NCBI RefSeq assembly: GCF_038871235.1
Contig: NZ_JAVZIN010000005.1
Span: forward strand, 45,735 to 109,734
DNA length: 64,000 bases
Direction: 5' to 3'
Source: Candidatus Hadarchaeum sp.
GTDB taxonomy: Archaea > Hadarchaeota > Hadarchaeia > Hadarchaeales > Hadarchaeaceae
The translations under genes were made by a program, and so were the position numbers. The number at the start of each line of letters is the position of its first letter. Position 1 is the first letter of the stretch. The notes below the pieces were generated by a model. The model did not search any database. It worked only from the letters and a program-made list of their open reading frames with translations, and was not told where the DNA came from. Shown piece by piece: positions 51,798 to 61,497 of this stretch.

Positions 51798-52025
51798 CTA
51801 GGCCTTCCTTACTAAGATCTGCCAGTCCTTTCCAACCCTTTTCACGCTGAGGACCTTGTGCCCATCGGCTTCCATGCTGCGCGGCACGTTTTCCACGGCG
51901 GGGTCGTGGTCCAATATGATCTCGAGAATTTGTCCACTTTCCAACTCCTCAAGGGCCAGCTTCGACTTGACGAAAGTGTAGGGGCAGACCTCGCCTCTGA
52001 TGTCGATGGTGCGGTCGGCCCTCAT
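51798..52025 (-). CDS. tusA: TusA/SirA-family sulfur carrier
   Basis: D.RGEVCPY, LE.G..LE, NVP; ATGA overlap with the E1 gene. Confidence 0.88.
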   Translation of the reverse strand: MRADRTIDIRGEVCPYTFVKSKLALEELESGQILEIILDHDPAVENVPRSMEADGHKVLSVKRVGKDWQILVRKA

Positions 52026-52891
52026 TCTGATCTCACCCTGCAGACAGTGCCATAGTCCACCTGAGACAGATCCTTAATGATGGGCCTGTCACCGCACGAG
52101 GGGCATTTGGGATTTCGCCTGAGCTCAAACTGGTCAAACCGCATACTTAAGGCGTCGAAGTAGAGCACGCGGCCGACAAGAAGGTTGCCCGCGCCGATGA
52201 TAAACTTGATCGCCTCCGTGGCCTGGATGGTGCCCATGACGCCCGGGACAGTTCCTAAAACTCCTGCTTCCTGACAGGTGGGGACCGCACCAGGTGGTGG
52301 AGCTTCTCTGATTAGGCAGCGGTAGCATGGCCCCTGCCGCGGTATAACGGTGGTCGTCATACCTATGAATCGGAGGACACCGGCATGGGAAAACGGTATG
52401 CCCTTAAGCACACAGGCGTCGTTGATGAGGAACTTTGTCCGGAAGTTGTCGCTACCATCAATAACAAAATCCCAGCCCTTCAAGAGGTCAAGGGCGTTTT
52501 CTGGCTCAAGGCGTTCCTCAATTGTGACGACATCGACCTCGGGATTCAGGGCCTGAATCGCATCTTTAGCCGATTCCGCCTTGGGTCTGCCAATCGTCCT
52601 AGTGGAGTGGATGACCTGGCGCTGCAGGTTGCTGAGGTCAACCTTATCTGAATCCATTACACCGATCTTCCCAACGCCCGCCGCAGCCAAGTAAAGGGCG
52701 GCAGGTGAGCCCAGTCCTCCAGCACCAACGACGAGCACCTTCGATGAAAACAGTTTCTTCTGTCCTTTCCCACCGACCTCCTTCAGGATCAACTGGCGGC
52801 TGTAGCGGATAATTTGATCTTGAGTCAAACCAAATGGATTTTCTCCCGACCGCCTCGGCCGTCGGTTCCGGGTCTCAGCTGACTCCCGCAT
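52022..52891 (-). CDS. MoeB/ThiF/UbaA-family E1-like adenylyltransferase
   Basis: RYSRQ, GAGGLG, D.VDLSNLQRQ, CYRC, TCQEAG, CPSC. Confidence 0.92.
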   Translation of the reverse strand: MRESAETRNRRPRRSGENPFGLTQDQIIRYSRQLILKEVGGKGQKKLFSSKVLVVGAGGLGSPAALYLAAAGVGKIGVMDSDKVDLSNLQRQVIHSTRTIGRPKAESAKDAIQALNPEVDVVTIEERLEPENALDLLKGWDFVIDGSDNFRTKFLINDACVLKGIPFSHAGVLRFIGMTTTVIPRQGPCYRCLIREAPPPGAVPTCQEAGVLGTVPGVMGTIQATEAIKFIIGAGNLLVGRVLYFDALSMRFDQFELRRNPKCPSCGDRPIIKDLSQVDYGTVCRVRSE

Positions 52892-52954
52892 CTCGACACC
52901 AAATACCAATCTCAATAGTATTATTTAACGTGTAAAAATGGGGCACAAGAAGTT

Positions 52955-54163
52955 TCAGCTCACTGCCAGACCGTGCTCTCTTGCTATCTCAAGAAAGGCC
53001 TGAGCCACTTTCTCCACTTTTTCCCGGGAAAGACCATAGGTGTTCAGCTTAAAGTGCTTGGTCAGGCCTGGTTGCACGCCAACGATGCCGCGACGCCTGA
53101 GTTCCTCGTAAAGAAAATACCCTTTCCTTTTGTGCGCCTCAGAAACCTTGAAAAAGCCGTCAGATTCTATGTGGGTCAAAGTATGATTCTTCGGCCTGAC
53201 TCCGATCTGCCGCGTCCCCTCTATCCTCTCCAGCTGCTCAACCAAGTAGCGAACATTCTCTATCTCCTGGGGCCACCTCTCAACGCGCTCGACGACATGA
53301 GGAAAGGAGGCTATTAAGGTCATCAGCGGCGCACCCATCACCGTGCAGCCGAGCAACGCGTACTCCTTAATCCCAAACTTGCGCTTGCTCCAGTCACCGA
53401 CTATTTTGGAACGAGCAAAGATCTTCTCGCCTATCTCTGACGTCGTCGCCAGTATTCCTGTAGGGGCGCTGGCAGCCCAAGACTTGTGTCCGCTGGAAGT
53501 GATAACATCCGCACCCACCTTTTTACCGTCAATGTCCATTATTCCACCAGTGTAAGCGGCGTTCAAGATGAAAGGAACTCCATATTCCTTGCAGATCTTG
53601 CCAACCACGGCGGCATCGTTGAGGTTGCCATAGAGATAATCAACGTGCGTTAGCAGGACAGCGGCTGGTAGCTTCCCGGTTTCTCTCTTAACCTCCTCAA
53701 TTTTATCAGCATAAGCTTCTAGGTTGACCCTGAACTCAGGATAGCCGCTGTGGGGGACCTCCTTAACTCTCAAGCGCGCCAACTCCACCGCGGTATAGGT
53801 GGAGTAATGGGCCAAGCTGTCCAGGACCACATAATCACCAGGATCTCCGAGCATTGTGAAGGCTATGAACTGGGCCTCCCGACAACGCGTCACAACGCGA
53901 GCAACGTCCATCCCTAAAAACTCAGCCAAGTCCTGCATAAACTGGGCAATCGGAGGCCGTTCAATCATGTCAAGCCTCGCGGTCTTCGGAGGGCACCAGT
54001 CACAGGTGGAATAACCATCAGCGAATTCAACGATGGCCTTGCGGGCCTCTGGAGTCAGAACACCGCCCCGCTGTATCGGGTGCAGGTTGATGAACTTTTC
54101 CTCCTTAAAATCACGCTTAAGGTCCCGGTAAATGCTGAGCCTTTCCTTCGGAATTTTGGGCAT
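52955..54163 (-). CDS. pscS: O-phosphoseryl-tRNA:Cys-tRNA synthase (SepCysS)
   Basis: PIQRGG.LT, DGYS.CD.C, AHYS, LN.AY, SGHKS, LLGCT. Confidence 0.93.
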   Translation of the reverse strand: MPKIPKERLSIYRDLKRDFKEEKFINLHPIQRGGVLTPEARKAIVEFADGYSTCDWCPPKTARLDMIERPPIAQFMQDLAEFLGMDVARVVTRCREAQFIAFTMLGDPGDYVVLDSLAHYSTYTAVELARLRVKEVPHSGYPEFRVNLEAYADKIEEVKRETGKLPAAVLLTHVDYLYGNLNDAAVVGKICKEYGVPFILNAAYTGGIMDIDGKKVGADVITSSGHKSWAASAPTGILATTSEIGEKIFARSKIVGDWSKRKFGIKEYALLGCTVMGAPLMTLIASFPHVVERVERWPQEIENVRYLVEQLERIEGTRQIGVRPKNHTLTHIESDGFFKVSEAHKRKGYFLYEELRRRGIVGVQPGLTKHFKLNTYGLSREKVEKVAQAFLEIAREHGLAVS

Positions 54164-54321
54164 GAACTAATTCCACCTCGCAATTCCAATCAACAAACCA
54201 TTAATATCAACTCCCCTTCATCGAATATTAACGTTCTCATACTTGTTATAAAAACAAAAGCACGTCAGATGATTTCGAAACTACATTTTCATAAGTAGAA
54301 AATAATAACATAGTTATAGGG

Positions 54322-54918
54322 GTGAACTTGAATCCGGCCCGTCTCTCGAGCGAGTTCAAGGAGGTTTTTCAGATCGTGAGCGAACCGGTTGCTATACTTG
54401 TTTCAGACAGGGAAATAGCGGGAAACAGACCAAAAGAACCGTCCCTGTTCTGCGAGTTGGTGAGAAAGGCTGCATATGAGGGGAAAAGCTATGTGGTCAC
54501 TGAGGATGATCTAAGCAACTACAGCACACGTGTGATCCTAGGTTTCAACGAACCACAATATGTTGACCTCTGCCCCCGCATCAAGCCCGCGAAAACCAAG
54601 TCAATCCTCATTGCACCGCTTGGAAAAATCGAGGTTGAACCAGACATTGTCGTCATCATTACCGACCCCGCCCATGCCATGTTAATAGTTCAAGCACTCA
54701 GCAGAGTTTTGAAAAAGCGCCTAGAGGCAAGCATGAGCTGCCAAGGCTCGGCGATAGCTGGAGAGGCGGTGGCCATACCGTTCACGGAACAGAGGCCCAA
54801 TCTGACGCTGCTCTGCGGTGGAGCCAGAGAATTGGCGGGTTATTCAGCGGATGAACTGGTGCTGGGTTTACCTTACGCGATTTTTTTAAAAATGATGAAA
54901 GAAGTGAAGAAACCATAA
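54322..54918 (+). CDS. DUF169 (COG2043) protein
   Basis: EPVAI, FCE....A, PD.V, LC.GAR...G...DEL..G.P. Confidence 0.8.
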   Translation: MNLNPARLSSEFKEVFQIVSEPVAILVSDREIAGNRPKEPSLFCELVRKAAYEGKSYVVTEDDLSNYSTRVILGFNEPQYVDLCPRIKPAKTKSILIAPLGKIEVEPDIVVIITDPAHAMLIVQALSRVLKKRLEASMSCQGSAIAGEAVAIPFTEQRPNLTLLCGGARELAGYSADELVLGLPYAIFLKMMKEVKKP

Positions 54919-54944
54919 GCGATCTTGTTATTTTAGCCACGATG

Positions 54945-55712
54945 TTAAGGCGCCAGCCCGCCTTTTCCATAACTCTGGTATTTTTCTAACGTGGTCAACA
55001 GCTCGCGAGACCCAGGATCAACACCGATTAGCTCGGGCACCCTTCCCCAGGCCCCAATGTGCTTTTCCCTCACGACCAAACAACCCCTTATCTGCGGAAT
55101 TTCCTTGGCCCTTTCCAGACCACTCCTGATGGACCTTTCTACGTCATTCCCCACTACGGCGTTGCCTATCGCTGTCGCTGCGGCATCTGCCAGAGCGGCA
55201 TCGTCGGCAACAGCTACGGCCGCATCTGCCCAGCCAAAGCTCAGCGAATGTCCCACGGTGCCGGAACTGGCGCAGATCCCGATGGGCAGCTCCTCTTTTT
55301 TAACCAAGAAACCGAGCTTTCCCGAGCCCGCCGCAAATCCTGCAAAGATGCCGACCCGAAAGTCACTTTCCCCCAATATCGAGATGTCACCGCCATTATC
55401 GACGATCACGTTTTTAGCGCCAGCTTCCACCGCCGCCTCTGCCGCGACCTGGGAAATCGCCCCGGCCACGGCAGCAAAGGGCCCGACTTTGGCCAACTCA
55501 CCAGCCCTTAACATCAGCTCAATGACGCGGGGATGATCTCCTCTCAGCTTCAAAGGTTCAAGAGACCAACGAAACTCAGGACATCTCAAGATCAACCGCT
55601 CGATTTCCATTCTGGCCTTGAACGCAGCAGAAATCGCGGCGTCTATTGCCCGATCATGGTCACACTTGATTCGCAGGTTGGTCTCCTTGAAGGACCACAC
55701 CCGTTCCAGCAT
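54945..55712 (-). CDS. UPF0280/COG2122 ApbE-like protein (MA1715-like)
   Basis: F..SLEP, VGP.AAVAG, DNGGDI, SSGTVGHS.S.G.ADA, ADAAATA.GN. Confidence 0.9.
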   Translation of the reverse strand: MLERVWSFKETNLRIKCDHDRAIDAAISAAFKARMEIERLILRCPEFRWSLEPLKLRGDHPRVIELMLRAGELAKVGPFAAVAGAISQVAAEAAVEAGAKNVIVDNGGDISILGESDFRVGIFAGFAAGSGKLGFLVKKEELPIGICASSGTVGHSLSFGWADAAVAVADDAALADAAATAIGNAVVGNDVERSIRSGLERAKEIPQIRGCLVVREKHIGAWGRVPELIGVDPGSRELLTTLEKYQSYGKGGLAP

Positions 55713-55721
55713 GACAACCGC

Positions 55722-56123
55722 CTAGAACTTGGAAAGCTCCAGCGCCTTTACCGGACAGGCTGGCACACAGAGTTCACAGTAAACGCACTTGTCCTCGTCG
55801 AGCAGCACGGTGTTATCCTTATCCTGATACAGGGCGCCGCTGGGGCAGAGAGACAAGCAGGCACCGCAATCGATACATGAATCACGGTCGAGGTGAATCG
55901 CACGTTTGATCTCCTTTACTTCCACTCCTTTCTTCTTGAAGAGTTCAACAGCCCTTTCCACCTCTGCGTCCGGAGCCTCGATGGAAAGAAGTATTTCTCC
56001 TCCACTGGCACCAAACTCAGCATAGAGGATGTTGAAGGCCAGACCGGTTTCCTTGATCACGTAGGACAATATCGGCTCCTTGACCCTCTCCAGCGAATAG
56101 TTCAACAAAATTTTCCTCACCAT
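55722..56123 (-). CDS. NIL domain + 2x[4Fe-4S] ferredoxin (MA1822-like)
   Basis: EPI...NIL.A, CIDCGAC..LCP, CVYC.LC..ACP. Confidence 0.9.
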   Translation of the reverse strand: MVRKILLNYSLERVKEPILSYVIKETGLAFNILYAEFGASGGEILLSIEAPDAEVERAVELFKKKGVEVKEIKRAIHLDRDSCIDCGACLSLCPSGALYQDKDNTVLLDEDKCVYCELCVPACPVKALELSKF

Positions 56124-56124
56124 T

Positions 56125-57639
56125 CTATCGCCTCAGCAACTTGGATAAATCATCGCTGGTGATTATACCCTTAAGCTCACCCTTTGATCCCACTACTGGA
56201 ACTCCCGAGATGCCATACTTCTCCAGCTTTCTAGCCACGAGTTCTACTGGCTCATCCTCCTTGGCCGTGATGACTTTCGCCGTCATTATCTCGGAAAGTT
56301 TCTTCTTCTTCGTCGCCACGGCCACGGCGATGTCCCATGAGGTAACTATTCCCACCAACCTTCCATCATCATCAACGATGGGCAGGTGGTCGAAACCCTT
56401 TTCGGCAATTATCTTGGCTGCGCTGACAATAGTGTCATTAGGTTTCGCCGTCACCACCGTCTTTACCATCAAGTCCTTCGCGAAAGAGACTGCCCCCGTC
56501 TGTTTCATTGGCTTGAAAATCCTATCAGTTGGGAGTCTTTCTACCGGCTCCGTGAGGAAAAATCTCTTCTCGGCTATCCACTTTTTCAAAACGTTAGCTA
56601 TCTCTCTTGCGCGCTTGAGGCTGCTCAGCGGGCTAACCGGCACGTCTCTGTCTCCAATCCTGACCTTACCCGACTTCAGTTCAGCATAAGTTACTTCCCT
56701 GAGCACCGGGCGATCTCGCCTAGGGACGCCATAATCGACGATGTTGGTCTTAATCTCATCATCCCCGGCTCCGGCAGTTTTGGCGACCCGTTCATTTATT
56801 ATCGGGATCGGGATACCCAGACCCACAAAAAGGGACGTCCCATATTTATCTATACTTGCGCCACGGATGTACCGGGCGTCCATTTCTTTAAGATTTCCAA
56901 CTGTCATGATCGTGCCCAAGGCCTTGGTGGGGTTATGCTGGGTTCCTTCCCAGAAAATGTAGCCTTGAGCCCCCCCGAGGAAGATACGCGTGCCTATTCC
57001 AATCGTTTCATAATTGGGGTCCTTATTCAGCGGGCTCAGTTCCCCAGCACCGGAATAGGTGACATTACCGTATCGTGGAAGAAGTGTACCCATATAGGTG
57101 TAGATAGTCTCGTTTCTGGAATTGGTAGCGGCGGTGTATTTCTGATAGGCGTTTCTCGGATTGCAGAGCACCGCCTGATTCAAGTCATTAATGGTAATTC
57201 GTGTCTCAATCTGGGTGCGGGGATAGCAATCGGTGCCGTAGGCGGTGGCCCTGACCTCAACCTCTTTTCCCCTGACTAAATCCTCGATAACGTGGCCGCC
57301 ACCATACTCCATACCCCTTGTCTCGCTCAGCTGCGTGGCCCCAATATAGGCGTCAACTGCCGCGACACCGGTGTAAGCCTCAACGTCATTGATCCAGACG
57401 CGCTGCATTTTTATCGGCGGATCCGAGTGGCCGAAGTTCAGCCAAGCACCAGAACTGCACATGGCACCAAAGGTCCCGGTGGTAACCACATCGACTTCCT
57501 TAGCCGCGCCTACCGGTCCCTTTTCCCTGACGATCTCGACCATTTCCTCGGCAGTAACTACCACCGCATCGCCTCGTTTGATCTTTTCGTTTATTTCCGC
57601 CACCGACTTTCTGACCGCCGTTTTCTCCAGATTCATCAC
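56125..57639 (-). CDS. Homocysteine biosynthesis aspartate-semialdehyde sulfurtransferase, DUF39 + CBS pair (MA1821-like)
   Basis: VDVVTTGTFG.MCSSG, YGGGHVIE, NPRN.YQ, TYMG.L, two C-terminal CBS domains. Confidence 0.92.
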   Translation of the reverse strand: MMNLEKTAVRKSVAEINEKIKRGDAVVVTAEEMVEIVREKGPVGAAKEVDVVTTGTFGAMCSSGAWLNFGHSDPPIKMQRVWINDVEAYTGVAAVDAYIGATQLSETRGMEYGGGHVIEDLVRGKEVEVRATAYGTDCYPRTQIETRITINDLNQAVLCNPRNAYQKYTAATNSRNETIYTYMGTLLPRYGNVTYSGAGELSPLNKDPNYETIGIGTRIFLGGAQGYIFWEGTQHNPTKALGTIMTVGNLKEMDARYIRGASIDKYGTSLFVGLGIPIPIINERVAKTAGAGDDEIKTNIVDYGVPRRDRPVLREVTYAELKSGKVRIGDRDVPVSPLSSLKRAREIANVLKKWIAEKRFFLTEPVERLPTDRIFKPMKQTGAVSFAKDLMVKTVVTAKPNDTIVSAAKIIAEKGFDHLPIVDDDGRLVGIVTSWDIAVAVATKKKKLSEIMTAKVITAKEDEPVELVARKLEKYGISGVPVVGSKGELKGIITSDDLSKLLRR

Positions 57640-57771
57640 CTTAAGTTGAAAAAAGTTAATAATTACTGGTATTTATATCTTTCTGTTATATAATTACTGT
57701 GAGGAATAAAAGGGAAAACAGGGGAAACGTAAAAACTGGAAACCGACCAAATCATGAATCAGTTTATCCCA

Positions 57772-58008
57772 TTAAGCTCGGGTTAAACGAATGACTTGCA
57801 CCGGGCACGCTTCCTCAGCACTTTTGGCACAGCCCTCCAAAGTTTCAGGAATCTTGCCCTCACTGAGACTATCTCCGGCCCGGTATTGCCCCACAACTTG
57901 GCTATGGCCATCAGCTTGATTTTGCTCAAAGACATCGGGACAAGACACCCAACAGGCACCACAGCCAATGCAATTGTCCCGGTCTATACTAACCCTTAAT
58001 TCTGACAT
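57772..58008 (-). CDS. Single-cluster ferredoxin
   Basis: CIGCGAC..SCP...ACPV. Confidence 0.9.
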   Translation of the reverse strand: MSELRVSIDRDNCIGCGACWVSCPDVFEQNQADGHSQVVGQYRAGDSLSEGKIPETLEGCAKSAEEACPVQVIRLTRA

Positions 58009-58256
58009 CTGGCACCTTCAATAAAGTTTTCCCCTTGAATAATAAGTTTTACTTTTCCTAGATAGAGCCCGGATAAAATCTGCCGTCGAACCGACCACCA
58101 TTTAGCTCAATGCGATTCTTCCCTTAATAGCTAATTAAACTCATGATCTTGACGCTCTCAATCGATCTGCAGGAGCAATCATCAATTTTTAACCCGGCAA
58201 AAATGCGGCGCAAGAGTTAAAATATTCATGAGCTAAAAAATTATATGAGGTATGAT

Positions 58257-58505
58257 ATGGGGATAAAACAACCAGAGGTTAAAATTTACACCACCCCGAC
58301 CTGTCCCTACTGCATCATGGCTAAAAACTTTCTGCGGGAAAATGGCATTGAGTTTGTCGAAAAAAACGTTGCCAGCGATAGAGCTGCCGCTGTGGAAATG
58401 GTGGAGAAATCGGGGCAAATGGGTGTGCCGGTGCTAGATATAAATGGGGAAATTATCGTCGGCTTTAACCGTGAGGCCATCAAAAGGGCACTTGATCTTA
58501 AGTAA
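58257..58505 (+). CDS. Glutaredoxin/NrdH-like redoxin
   Basis: YTTPTCPYC, SGQMGVP, VGF. Confidence 0.9.
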   Translation: MGIKQPEVKIYTTPTCPYCIMAKNFLRENGIEFVEKNVASDRAAAVEMVEKSGQMGVPVLDINGEIIVGFNREAIKRALDLK

Positions 58506-58568
58506 CTTTTTATTAAGACCATCAAGCTACTCAAAAATCCTTTATTTTATTCTACCGACTCTCGCTGG

Positions 58569-59342
58569 TTAAACTTGTCTTTTCCATCGGGTAGCATAAC
58601 GTTCGATTGCACCAAACACTATTAAGTCAAAAACAACGTAAATGGCTATCAGAACTATCGCATAGCTGTAAACGTAAACAAACATTCCCATCCCATAATA
58701 ATAAAGGAGCTGAAGGCCTGCTCCAACCGTCGTGCCTATCAATTCTGCAATTATAATCAACTTAACGCCTACGCCGAAAGCCGACCTTGCCGAGCCGATG
58801 ATGTAGGGAAACAGATAGGGCAAAAAGACCCTCCTGATCTTCTTCCATCTGCTGAACCTGAAAACATCGGCCATTTCATCGTAACGTACATCTCTGCTCT
58901 TAATTCCTTCGGTGACGCTGAAAATCATTATTGGTGACAAAACAATAACTTGTAGAAGAAACCTGCTGAATTCAGTTGATCCGAATATTATCATTAATAT
59001 TAATACCCAACATATAGCTGGTATAGAAAACAAAATGTTTATTGTAGACATTATCAAAATGTTCGCGCGCCTATACAGACCAGCTACTATGCCTACCGGC
59101 AGGCTCACCAAAAAAGCAAGAGAAAACCCGATTATAACTCGGTAAAGAGTGTAGCCGACGTGATACATGAACTTATCATGTTCAGCAAGAATCAGTTCAA
59201 ATGGTTTTTGAATAGGCGGCACCAAGTAATCTGGATAAACAAAAGTAAGCGCCAGCCAGATTAAAAGAAGAATTGATGCTCCCATCAAAGTGCCAACGAA
59301 TTTGTTCTTTAATATTTTCAGTAGCATCTCTTTTCGCTTCAT
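58569..59342 (-). CDS. NitT/TauT-family ABC permease
   Basis: TL.R...GF, IP...W, EAA-like loop, AELIG. Confidence 0.88.
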   Translation of the reverse strand: MKRKEMLLKILKNKFVGTLMGASILLLIWLALTFVYPDYLVPPIQKPFELILAEHDKFMYHVGYTLYRVIIGFSLAFLVSLPVGIVAGLYRRANILIMSTINILFSIPAICWVLILMIIFGSTEFSRFLLQVIVLSPIMIFSVTEGIKSRDVRYDEMADVFRFSRWKKIRRVFLPYLFPYIIGSARSAFGVGVKLIIIAELIGTTVGAGLQLLYYYGMGMFVYVYSYAIVLIAIYVVFDLIVFGAIERYATRWKRQV

Positions 59343-59672
59343 TTATGACCCGCCCTTCCATTTCGTGGCATAGATTTCTATGGGGTAAAGAACCCCATAA
59401 TCAACTATTAGCATGAAAACCACAACAATAACAGTCGCAGAGAGAATGAGATATAATGAGGCCACACTCCATCCGAAAGATAAAACATAGCCAATTCCAA
59501 CATTTGAACCCAATAATTCTGTAAAAACGGCTATCTTGATGAGCTCTCCGAAAGCCGACCTTGCCGAGCCGATGATGTAGGGAAACAGATAGGGCAGAAA
59601 GACCCTCCTGATCTTCTTCCATCTGCTGAACCTGAAAACATCGGCCATTTCATCGTAACGTACATCTCTGCT
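58774..59672. repeat. 125-bp direct repeat at 58774-58898 and 59548-59672, one mismatch
   Basis: Direct comparison; both copies encode SRDVRYDEMADVFRFSRWKKIRRVFLPYLFPYIIGSARSAFG. Confidence 0.95.
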
Positions 59673-60101
59673 TTTGACACCCTCAGAGACGCTGAAGGCC
59701 ACCATTGGAAACGTAGTTATCATGGCAACAAAAATCACGGACCAAGTTGTTACTCCAAACAGAATAAATGCCAAAAACGCCCATACTGTTGCTGGGATGG
59801 TTAAAACAAATCCAACGAAAGAACCTAAAATGGCCTCAACTGTCTTGAATTTACCCATACTCATTCCAAGAAACAAGCCAACAGAGATTGACAGCACAAA
59901 TCCAAACCCAATTCGATAAAGGGTTGTGAAGAAATGAGTTCCAATCTTTTCAATATCAAGCATATAAACTAAAATAACATGAGGCGGAGGCACTAGCGGA
60001 TTCAAAAGCGATAGCAAATACCACATTGCCAACACGATGACTAAGCCAATCAATAACCTCTTGAAAATTTCTATATTTCTACGCTTTGGAGGCATCGGCA
60101 A
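59343..60101 (-). CDS. NitT/TauT-family ABC permease
   Basis: PPP, TL.R...GF, EAA-like loop, ELLG..GIG. Confidence 0.88.
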   Translation of the reverse strand: MPMPPKRRNIEIFKRLLIGLVIVLAMWYLLSLLNPLVPPPHVILVYMLDIEKIGTHFFTTLYRIGFGFVLSISVGLFLGMSMGKFKTVEAILGSFVGFVLTIPATVWAFLAFILFGVTTWSVIFVAMITTFPMVAFSVSEGVKSRDVRYDEMADVFRFSRWKKIRRVFLPYLFPYIIGSARSAFGELIKIAVFTELLGSNVGIGYVLSFGWSVASLYLILSATVIVVVFMLIVDYGVLYPIEIYATKWKGGS

Positions 60102-60813
60102 GCATCCTCATGGATTTTTTCAAAACAGAGAAAAATGCCTCAGAAGTCTTGTTTCGCGGCCGTTTTAGGTTAACCTTGATTTCACCAAAGTTTCTCCCAG
60201 GTGCACCTGTCATTACAATGATCCGATCCCCAAGACAAACGGCCTCGCTTATATCGTGCGTTATGAAAATAATGGTTTTCTTGGTCTCTTGCCAGATCCT
60301 TTCCAACTCGGTTCTAAGATGCTCCGCCGTTATCTCGTCTAGGCTGCTAAAAGGCTCGTCCATAAGAAGGAGGTCTGGGTCTATGGCTAGTGCTCTAGCT
60401 ATCGAAATGCGCTGTCTCATCCCGCCCGACAATTCCAAAGGGTATTTGTGCTTGGACTCTTTCAAACGTACCAGTTCTAAAACTTTTTCCACTCGTTCCT
60501 TTTTTTCATTTGGATCGGAGTAAAATTGTTCCACGGCCAGCTCTATATTTTTTTCCGCTGTATACCATGGAAGCAAACGATCTTCCTGGAATACTGCCGC
60601 TATTTTGTGCTTTTTATGACCCTCTTCAAACTTTATCGTGCCCCCGTCAATGCTTTTTATCCCTGAAATACATCCCAATAAAGTGGATTTGCCGCATCCG
60701 GATTGTCCGATAACACAGACCAATTCACCCCGTTTTACTTCTAGCGAAAAATTAGACAGAGCCGTAACGTCTCCATATTTTTTTGTCAGGTTTTTTACTT
60801 CGAGATAGTACAT
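60079..60813 (-). CDS. NitT/TauT-family ABC ATPase
   Basis: GQSGCGKS, FQE.RLLPW, LSGGMRQR, MDEPF. Confidence 0.93.
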   Translation of the reverse strand: MYYLEVKNLTKKYGDVTALSNFSLEVKRGELVCVIGQSGCGKSTLLGCISGIKSIDGGTIKFEEGHKKHKIAAVFQEDRLLPWYTAEKNIELAVEQFYSDPNEKKERVEKVLELVRLKESKHKYPLELSGGMRQRISIARALAIDPDLLLMDEPFSSLDEITAEHLRTELERIWQETKKTIIFITHDISEAVCLGDRIIVMTGAPGRNFGEIKVNLKRPRNKTSEAFFSVLKKSMRMLADASKA

Positions 60814-60899
60814 ATTGTTAATTTTTTTTATTTTATCATTTAAAAAGTTTTATAATATTTTTCGCGGTACAATTTAAACCCACCTTCACCTAGATATTA

Positions 60900-61350
60900 A
60901 CCCTCATCCCCTGTCTAATGGCGGTCCCTCGAATAGTGCCACATGTAACAAAAAGAGGCGAGACCCAGCAGAATCTTCGCACTTTCGGAACCTGTGGTTG
61001 AAAACTATCAAACGCTCGTGTGATCTTTCATTGTCTCAAAAGTCGCTCGATATAATTTTTGTTCTTCCTCCTGTGAAGAACTTCCACATTTCTGCTCCTC
61101 CTGCTGGAGCAGCGCGCGGCCGAATTAACCGTATGCGGTCCAAGTTCCTCGCAGAGCCGCCGTATTTTTGAAGCTTGGTTCGTGGAAGTAAGGCAATAAG
61201 CGAGGCCCTTCTCCTTTGGTTTTTTATTTTTTTAAAACCTTTCAGTAGTCGCTCCGAAGGCTACGGAGGAGAGCAGACAAAGGGGCCCATGAGTTCTGTT
61301 TGCAGAGACATTGCCTCCTTTTCATTGTCCGCCTTTCCGCCAGCCTTGAG
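60900..61350 (-). mobile_element. Possible highly degraded IS6-like transposase remnant
   Basis: Minus strand 61057-61000 reads NYIER/FETMKDHT/AFDSF across frameshifts, like the IS6 N.IER.F...K.R...F motif; boundaries approximate. Confidence 0.35.
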
Positions 61351-61497
61351 ATGACTTAAAAACCAAAGCCTTGTTTAAACAGTGATTTTTCTTAGGAACC
61401 ATCCATATTAAAGTAGAAAACTATCAAACAATTGCGTTTTTAAAAAGACCGGTACTTATTTTTAAAAGTAAAAAAAGGCTATTGCGGTTTTATTATT

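Noticed and set aside
56386-57279. 297-aa plus-strand ORF and similar antisense ORFs (12075-12704, 18507-19094, 33367-33921)
   Set aside because: Shadows of well-supported genes on the other strand
58774-59672. 125-bp repeat as a DGR template/variable pair
   Set aside because: Only one synonymous mismatch, both copies code in frame, and there is no reverse transcriptase
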